A DNA stretch of 64,000 bases from Candidatus Gastranaerophilales bacterium (GTDB taxonomy: Bacteria > Cyanobacteriota > Vampirovibrionia > Gastranaerophilales > Gastranaerophilaceae): the NCBI GenBank assembly GCA_016287985.1, contig JAEEXX010000001.1:12717-76716 (forward strand), read 5' to 3'. Under the pieces are notes generated by a model. That model did no database searches. It worked only from the letters and a program-made list of their open reading frames with translations, and had not been told where the DNA came from. Numbering within the stretch: the first letter of the stretch is position 1; every line of letters starts with the position of its first letter. Positions 57,611 through 64,000 of this stretch are shown piece after piece. The position numbers and the translations under genes are program-made.

Positions 57611-59968
57611 TTATTTTATATCAATAACGCAGACACCGTCACCGCCTTCGGTATCTTCGCCCGCACGATATTTGGCAACATATGGAGAAGTGGAAACAAA
57701 ATCTCTAACAGCGGATTTTAATGCTCCTGTTCCATGACCATGTATTATGTATACGGGTGTGAGGTTTGCAAGGCTGGCTTTATCAAGATATGACTCAAGT
57801 TTATCAAGCGCATCTTCCACCCTTTCCCCTCTTAAATCTAACTTATTTGAAATATCGTACTTTTTTAACTTAAAAGGTGTGTCAGGATATTTTGGCAGGT
57901 TAATTTTCTTTGCTAAATTTTGATTATAAACTGCCAGTCTGTTTTTATTCACCTTAGTTTTAATCATGCCCATTTGGATAAATAAGGTGTCATTTTTATC
58001 CGGTAAGGATAATATCTTCACCTGTTGATTAAGTTCTTTAAGCATAGCAATATCATTCACTTTAACATTATTCCAATCCAAATTAACATAAGTTTCGGCT
58101 TCTTCATACGAAGTCAAATCTTCTCTAAAGTTCTGCTCCAGATTCGCCAGCCTTTCGTACGAACGTCTTGCAATTTTTTCGGATTTTTCTTGACGCAATT
58201 CGTTCAAAATCTCTTTTATTTCCTCTTTGGCACTATCCAATTGCCCTTCAAATTTGTCTTTTATAACCTTTAATGTTTTTTTCTTATCTTTTTTATGTTG
58301 CGAAAGCTCTTTTTCGTAATGATTTTTTAATTCTTCCGCCTCCTCATTTAGCCGTGCAGCATTTTTCAAATTATTATCCAACATCAATTGTGTATCATGA
58401 AGTTTTTCAACCGCAAGACTTGAATTATCTCTCTGCGTAATCAACAAACCTTTTGCTTCCCATACAAGATTTTCATCAAGACCTAAATTAGCGGATATTG
58501 ATATTGCATTGCTTAATCCGGGAATCCCAATAATTAATTTATAAGTAGGTTTCAGTGTTTCAGTATCAAATTCAACACTGGCATTTTTGAAATAAGAATC
58601 AGAGAATTCCAAAGTCTTTAATTCCCCATAGTGAGTTGTTATAACAGAACAAACTTTCTTTTTCGCTAAAGCTTTCAATATAACTTCCGCAAGTATAGCT
58701 CCTTCTTGAGGATCAGTTCCGGCACACATTTCATCAATAAAGACTATAGTATCCGAATCCGAAATATTCAAAATATCAACAAGGTTTTTCATATGTGAAG
58801 AGAATGTAGATAAACTCTGTAAAATACTTTGTTCATCACCAATATCCGCAAGAATTTTTTCAAACGGATATATATGAGCTTCTGCACAAGGAAGAAACAT
58901 GCCTGACTTCATCATAAGAATAAAAAGTCCGACGGTTTTCAGCGTAACCGTCTTACCGCCGGTATTTGAACCAGTTATAATAATTGAATTATATCCATCA
59001 CCGATTGAAAAATCGTTTTCAACAATATGTTCAACCCTATTTATCAAAAGCGGATGGCGCATCAAATCAATTTTAATAATCTTTTTATCCGTAATATAAG
59101 GTTCTACAGCTTCTGTTTTGACTGCATATCTCGCTTTGGCAAATATTAAATCTATTTTTGCAACAATCCTTTCAGCTTTTATAAGCTGCCCTAATTCATG
59201 ACGGATTTCGTTTGTAAAAACAGTTAAAATCCTTATAACTTCCGCATAAATCTTGGTTTTTAGTTCACGTATTTTATTATTTAAAGGAACTATTTGTGAG
59301 GGCTCTATATAGAAAGTCTTGTTTGTTGCGGAAACATCGTGAACAATCCCTGATACCTTGCTTTTATCTGAAGCTTTTACCTGAAAAACAATTCTGTCCT
59401 CTCTCATAGTATATATATTTTCTTGTAAATGAGATTGGAATTCAGCAGAATTCATTAAATCTTGAACTTTTTGTTTTAAAGCAATTTCTGTATCACGAAG
59501 GGAAGAATATAATCCGGCAAGTTCTTTATTTGCATCACGTTTTACTGTATAGTTTTCATCAAAAGTATCAAATATTCTATCTTCCAGCTCTTTGTTAGTA
59601 TAAATGATTTCTGAAAGCTTTGCCAAATTTGTTTCATAAGGAAGATTTTCTTTAATAAAGTTTCTAACCAACCTAAAAGTTCTCATTGTCTTTGCAATAT
59701 CTACAAGTTCTTCTTCCTTGTAATATTCGTGTTTCAGCTTTAATTCGGAAAAATTTTGAACTCTTTCTATCGGAATATCTTTTGCATAATCAAGCAAAGT
59801 CTTTGCTTCCCGAGTATAGACAAGTTCATTTTGGATATCTTCAACTTTTACATAAGGCGTCAAATCAAGACACAGTTTTTTTGACTGTTCCGTCTTAGCG
59901 AAATTGGACAGTTCCCTTAAAATTTTGTCGTATTCCAGAGCTTTTTGTGATTTTTGGATAATACTCAT
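57611..59968 (-). CDS. mutS2: Endonuclease MutS2
   Basis: TGSNTGGKT, DIGDEQSI.QSLSTFSSH and TTHY motifs; C-terminal Smr domain IHGHGTG. Confidence 0.96.
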   Translation of the reverse strand: MSIIQKSQKALEYDKILRELSNFAKTEQSKKLCLDLTPYVKVEDIQNELVYTREAKTLLDYAKDIPIERVQNFSELKLKHEYYKEEELVDIAKTMRTFRLVRNFIKENLPYETNLAKLSEIIYTNKELEDRIFDTFDENYTVKRDANKELAGLYSSLRDTEIALKQKVQDLMNSAEFQSHLQENIYTMREDRIVFQVKASDKSKVSGIVHDVSATNKTFYIEPSQIVPLNNKIRELKTKIYAEVIRILTVFTNEIRHELGQLIKAERIVAKIDLIFAKARYAVKTEAVEPYITDKKIIKIDLMRHPLLINRVEHIVENDFSIGDGYNSIIITGSNTGGKTVTLKTVGLFILMMKSGMFLPCAEAHIYPFEKILADIGDEQSILQSLSTFSSHMKNLVDILNISDSDTIVFIDEMCAGTDPQEGAILAEVILKALAKKKVCSVITTHYGELKTLEFSDSYFKNASVEFDTETLKPTYKLIIGIPGLSNAISISANLGLDENLVWEAKGLLITQRDNSSLAVEKLHDTQLMLDNNLKNAARLNEEAEELKNHYEKELSQHKKDKKKTLKVIKDKFEGQLDSAKEEIKEILNELRQEKSEKIARRSYERLANLEQNFREDLTSYEEAETYVNLDWNNVKVNDIAMLKELNQQVKILSLPDKNDTLFIQMGMIKTKVNKNRLAVYNQNLAKKINLPKYPDTPFKLKKYDISNKLDLRGERVEDALDKLESYLDKASLANLTPVYIIHGHGTGALKSAVRDFVSTSPYVAKYRAGEDTEGGDGVCVIDIK

Positions 59969-60059
59969 CTTACGATGATTATAATAAATAAACTTTTTTC
60001 TGCAATGACCAAAAAATTAAGCACTTGACATGAATAATATTTGTATGTTATAAAGTATG

Positions 60060-60110
60060 TGGGGTAAATGTATATTTTTGAGTCTTGCACAATTTGCAAG
60101 ACTTTCCTTT
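60060..60110 (+). ncRNA. Candidate short sRNA
   Basis: TTGACA (60025) -N18- TATAAA promoter and a plus-strand terminator AGTCTTGCA/TGCAAGACT plus TTCCTTTT; no ORF. Confidence 0.4.
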
Positions 60111-60124
60111 TGTTTGAAATAAAC

Positions 60125-61477
60125 CTACTTGCAAGGATTAACGTAGTTTAAAATCCCTTCAGAAATAGCCTTAGCTGTCTCTCTGGGGAAATTTTCGCCT
60201 CTATATAAAACTGAATCCAAAGGATTTGTCATATAAGCCGTCTCAACCAATATTCCCACATAATCCGTAGGACGTATAACAGCGAAACTCGCTGTTCTGA
60301 CTCCGTCATTCCTTGTATTTATTCCTGTAGTTATTGAATCTAAAACAGACTCGGCAAGCTGTTTCGAATTCGGATTGTAATAATATACACTTGTTCCTCT
60401 GTTTTTGTGTATATCCATTTTTATATCGGGTATAGAATTCAAATGTATACTTACAAATATATTACTGCCATTTTCTCTTGCCATCTTAACCCTGTCGTCA
60501 AGTGACACAAATCCGTCAACTTCTCTGCTCATATAAACATTTGCACCCATAAGCTCAAGAAGATTTTTTAACTCAAGCGCAATTTTGAGATTTATATCTT
60601 TTTCCTTATCACCCAAACAACCGATTGCGCCAAGTTCTGTCCCACCATGTCCCGGATCTACAAATATATTTAATCCTTCCAGCGCATTCTCAACATAAGG
60701 CAAAGCATTTACTTTAAATACATATGTTCCGTTCGAAGAGACAGTTTTATAAAAATACTTTTGGGGCTTCTTAATATTTACAGTATAAACTGAATCCTCT
60801 GCAGCTTGAGGATTATATACTTTAAAAAGTATTTCATCAGAATTTTCATCTATTGTATAGGGTAATTTTTCCGTGAATTCCAAAGTATGAATTGATGCAT
60901 TTTTGAATGTCTCACTTTTCATTGTTATAAATTTCGGGGCATTTTCTTCCTCGGGAATTGCTTCTACAGAATCTTTTGCAACCCAGCCTGTTTTATTCTT
61001 TGATAAAAATACCCTGTAAAATCCGTTTTTTTCTCCGTCTACTATAAGTTTTGTTCCTTCAAACAAATGCGACATGCGATTCATTCCATAATCTTCAGGT
61101 GTTTTTCTTAATGGAGTATTATCTTTTAATACTTTATATAATGCCGGAGTTAACTCAACTAATTTCGGCTTATAAATATTTTTAATTTCGTTTTTATAAA
61201 TTTTATAAATCTTTGGATTAAAATCATAACTGGATTTCACGGCAATTCTATTTTCACCGTTTCTCAATTTTACGGAATGTGCAAATGCTCCGTTTTGCGC
61301 AGTAAAAACTTTTTCATCGTTAATTGTTATACTCTCATTATTAGACGCATGCCCGACAAAAAAAGCGTATTCCGTATTAGATATAGTCTTTTTGTCTTTC
61401 GGAAGTATTAATTCAAAAGCCATTGAAGGCAATATCGTGATAACAAACAATAAAAATAAAATTAAAACTCTCCGCAT
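60125..61477 (-). CDS. N-acetylmuramoyl-L-alanine amidase (Amidase_3) with SH3-like domain
   Basis: VDPGHGG, EKDINL, FVSIHLNS and ILVETAYMTN motifs; signal peptide from ATG 61477. Confidence 0.92.
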   Translation of the reverse strand: MRRVLILFLLFVITILPSMAFELILPKDKKTISNTEYAFFVGHASNNESITINDEKVFTAQNGAFAHSVKLRNGENRIAVKSSYDFNPKIYKIYKNEIKNIYKPKLVELTPALYKVLKDNTPLRKTPEDYGMNRMSHLFEGTKLIVDGEKNGFYRVFLSKNKTGWVAKDSVEAIPEEENAPKFITMKSETFKNASIHTLEFTEKLPYTIDENSDEILFKVYNPQAAEDSVYTVNIKKPQKYFYKTVSSNGTYVFKVNALPYVENALEGLNIFVDPGHGGTELGAIGCLGDKEKDINLKIALELKNLLELMGANVYMSREVDGFVSLDDRVKMARENGSNIFVSIHLNSIPDIKMDIHKNRGTSVYYYNPNSKQLAESVLDSITTGINTRNDGVRTASFAVIRPTDYVGILVETAYMTNPLDSVLYRGENFPRETAKAISEGILNYVNPCK

Positions 61478-61585
61478 AGGTTTGATAATATTACAAAATT
61501 TTATTTGTTTCAATTGTTCATACTAGCAAATTTTTTATTTTGGTGTTTTATGTATACAAAAGGTTTAAGAAATAGGCTATTTAAT

Positions 61586-63328
61586 ATGATAGAACCAATA
61601 AACAGCACAGATAACATAAGTCAAGTCATTCCGGAAAAGGAACTAAATAACACTCCATACTATCTTAGTGACGATTTTGAAAGAAGTCCTAACGGAGATG
61701 TTTTTGACAATAAAAAGAAAAAAACAAAAAGAATAATTCTGACCATAAGTGGAATTTTAGCTGCAACTATAATAACTGTCGGTGCTATTTGTTATTCAAA
61801 GGGTAAAAGCACAGACGGGACAGAGAAAAAATTTGGCGAACGTATTAAAGACGGCTGGAAAAAATTATGGGAGAAAAACGAAAAACAAGCCGGTGAAATA
61901 AAAGACAAAGCACCTGAAAGACCATCAGAAGGAAGTAGCAAAGACAAACTTACCGAAACAAAGACCTCGGGCGAACACTCTGAATCTGATATTGAAAAAG
62001 TTCCAGAAACTACCGGAGAAAAAATAAATGAAGAGAGCTCTGGTATACCAAAATCAAAAACACGTCCAAATCCTTTTGAACCGGAAGTTCAAAAAGAAAT
62101 TAAAGATTCAGAACCTGTATTTATTCAGGATGTCCCCCCTGAAATTACAACCGGAACGGAGATAATTAAAGTTGATAACCCTCATGGCATCTTTGAAGAA
62201 TTTTGCAACAGATACAGATATAGTTATAAAGGAAACATAGAGGATTACAATTTATGGGCAAGACCAAATCCCAAACCGCTGCAATACAACTATGATGAGC
62301 TGGTTTCATCAGAGTTAGTAAAAGAAATTAATTATCAAAATTTTGAAAATTCGATTAACAATCTGCTCAAGAAAATGAATATAAGCCCTGAAATAACAAA
62401 ATCCGGTTTTAATACAAAATGTATAAAGTTCAATTACAATGATTGTGAATTCTCGTACCTATTAAAGCGAAAATCGATTTTTGCAAAATGGAAATTGAAT
62501 GAAGACGAACTATTTTCCGTGAGAATGCCAAAAAGTAACGAATATATTGATTTTATCTTTGATAAAAACGGTAATTGCACCGCCAATACGTACGAAAAAG
62601 GTAAGTTATACAGTACCGAAAAATTTAACAGCAAGAAAGAATTAACAAGCTGCATACGATTTGATGAAAACAAAAAACCATCTCAGGAATATTATTACAA
62701 ATATGACGATGCAGGGAATTGCATTGAAAAAGAATATAATGATAATGATTCTTGGCATGAAAAGCATGAATATACATATGAAGATAATATTTTAGTGTCA
62801 GAAATATATACGGACTATGATTCAAATAATGCAATCTTCAGACAAAAACAATTTAAATACAAAGAAGGTTCTACTATACCTTATGAATGTACTTCTCTTG
62901 ATAGAGAAGGTCATATAACCTCTATTGAAACGCTTGAAAAAAACGAGGATTTATGTGAAACAACCACTATATGGAAAAAATATAACAGCGACAGAACTAT
63001 GGTAGAAGAACTAAATGAGTTATATGAAAAAGATAATATATCGCTCCTGACAAAATATGATTACACTAAAGAAGGTGTAGACATGGAAAAAATATTTGTT
63101 GAAGACGGCCATATTATGACAGAATGTGAATATATAGGCTCCACAAATGAACCCAAAGAATTTACCAAGTATCTTTATGATAGTGAAAAGAACTTTACAG
63201 GTGCTGAGAAAACATTCTACAAGGATGGAAAGATTTCGGCATTCTGTATATATGATGCGGAAGATAACTTGATAAACGGGAGATTATTTGAACCTGATAA
63301 CGTTGTAAAACAGTATCTAAAAAACTGA
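61586..63328 (+). CDS. Membrane-anchored hypothetical protein with YD-like beta-repeat C-terminus
   Basis: One TM after KKKTKR; P/E/K-rich linker; repeats YKYDDAGNC, FDKNGNC, YLYDSEKN and YDAEDNLI. Confidence 0.65.
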   Translation: MIEPINSTDNISQVIPEKELNNTPYYLSDDFERSPNGDVFDNKKKKTKRIILTISGILAATIITVGAICYSKGKSTDGTEKKFGERIKDGWKKLWEKNEKQAGEIKDKAPERPSEGSSKDKLTETKTSGEHSESDIEKVPETTGEKINEESSGIPKSKTRPNPFEPEVQKEIKDSEPVFIQDVPPEITTGTEIIKVDNPHGIFEEFCNRYRYSYKGNIEDYNLWARPNPKPLQYNYDELVSSELVKEINYQNFENSINNLLKKMNISPEITKSGFNTKCIKFNYNDCEFSYLLKRKSIFAKWKLNEDELFSVRMPKSNEYIDFIFDKNGNCTANTYEKGKLYSTEKFNSKKELTSCIRFDENKKPSQEYYYKYDDAGNCIEKEYNDNDSWHEKHEYTYEDNILVSEIYTDYDSNNAIFRQKQFKYKEGSTIPYECTSLDREGHITSIETLEKNEDLCETTTIWKKYNSDRTMVEELNELYEKDNISLLTKYDYTKEGVDMEKIFVEDGHIMTECEYIGSTNEPKEFTKYLYDSEKNFTGAEKTFYKDGKISAFCIYDAEDNLINGRLFEPDNVVKQYLKN

Positions 63329-63349
63329 TTTTATGATAAACTATAGTTG

Positions 63350-64000
63350 ATGAGCGGGAATTATATACCATTATACAGAAAATATCGTCCGCAAACATTA
63401 GAAGATTTAGTCGGGCAGGAGCATATTAAAAAAACCTTGACGGGTGCTATTGAGTTGGGGAAAATTTCTCATGCATATCTTTTTACAGGCCCAAGAGGTA
63501 CAGGTAAGACTTCTACTGCCAGAATTCTGGCAAAATCCTTAAACTGCAAAAATGGGCCTACAATTCATCCTTGCGGAGAATGCGAAAGTTGTAAGGATAT
63601 TACAAATTCTATTCCAATAGATGTAATTGAAATTGATGCTGCAAGTAACAGAAAAGTAGAAGATGCCCAAAATATTCTTGAAAAAGTTCAATACGTCCCT
63701 GTTAACGGCAAATACAAAATTTATATAATTGACGAAGTTCATATGCTTACTAACCATGCTTTCAATGCTCTATTGAAAACACTTGAAGAACCTCCGGAAA
63801 ATGTAATTTTTATACTTGCAACAACAGAAGTTCATAAAGTTTTAGACACCATTAAAAGCCGCTGCCAAAGATTTGATTTTAGAAGAATTACAACAGATGA
63901 TATCGTTAAACATTTAAAAACTATATCTCAAAAAGAGAATATAAAAATATCCGATGATGCACTTTTTGCAATTGCTAAAAATTCGGCAGGAGGAATGAGA
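63350..64000 (+). CDS. dnaX: DNA polymerase III subunit gamma/tau (partial, runs off the window; absent from the ORF track)
   Basis: MSGNYIPLYRKYRPQ...GPRGTGKTSTARILAKSLNC...IDAAS...IDEVHML..AFNALLKTLEEPP. Confidence 0.97.
   Translation, partial: MSGNYIPLYRKYRPQTLEDLVGQEHIKKTLTGAIELGKISHAYLFTGPRGTGKTSTARILAKSLNCKNGPTIHPCGECESCKDITNSIPIDVIEIDAASNRKVEDAQNILEKVQYVPVNGKYKIYIIDEVHMLTNHAFNALLKTLEEPPENVIFILATTEVHKVLDTIKSRCQRFDFRRITTDDIVKHLKTISQKENIKISDDALFAIAKNSAGGMR

Noticed and set aside
30975-61586. Longest-ORF starts for mnmG (30975), proA (37577), the phosphomutase (47925), the amidase (61513) and the YD-like protein (61505)
   Set aside because: Downstream ATGs fit RBS or -10 positions and family N-termini better.
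61586-63328. RHS polymorphic toxin
   Set aside because: No DPxG core cleavage motif, toxin domain or immunity gene.
33-63757. Numerous short ORFs antisense to or nested within long genes (e.g. 10345-10677, 23941-24420, 29218-29685, 63539-63757)
   Set aside because: Shadow frames of well-supported genes, with no independent motifs or RBS.

Overview
Low-GC bacterial chromosomal window. The gene set is cyanobacterial-type housekeeping genes plus flagellar fliL/fliM/fliN, no photosynthesis genes and many lineage-specific ORFs. This most resembles non-photosynthetic Cyanobacteriota (Vampirovibrionia/Melainabacteria, probably Gastranaerophilales); the assignment is an inference. Recognisable core genes are yidC, fliLMN, glmS, pnp, prsA, ssb, pdxA, mnmG, comF, proA, tyrA, recG, fabH, plsX, rpmF, mutS2, a partial dnaX and tRNA-Asp(GTC). 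A small att-flanked remnant carrying a HigBA-type toxin-antitoxin pair sits next to the tRNA. Signals read directly from the sequence that the ORF list does not explain: (1) a recurring promoter-like motif, AGCAAA-N14/15-GTTTT, upstream of orphan genes and one candidate sRNA; (2) a five-gene orphan operon (radical SAM, two unknowns, nicotinamidase-like, zeta-toxin-like kinase) whose products all carry a similar non-Sec N-terminal leader, i.e. a candidate effector/export system; (3) three sigma-28-type promoters in front of non-flagellar genes, including an EF-hand plus Cys/His amidase-like protein; (4) a Cys/Ser/Gly-rich repeat peptide resembling a RiPP precursor; (5) large structured non-coding elements upstream of glmS and at 45.6-46.0 kb, several candidate sRNAs, HLR1-like direct repeats, and frequent leaderless gene starts. 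No database search was run; family calls come from motif recognition.
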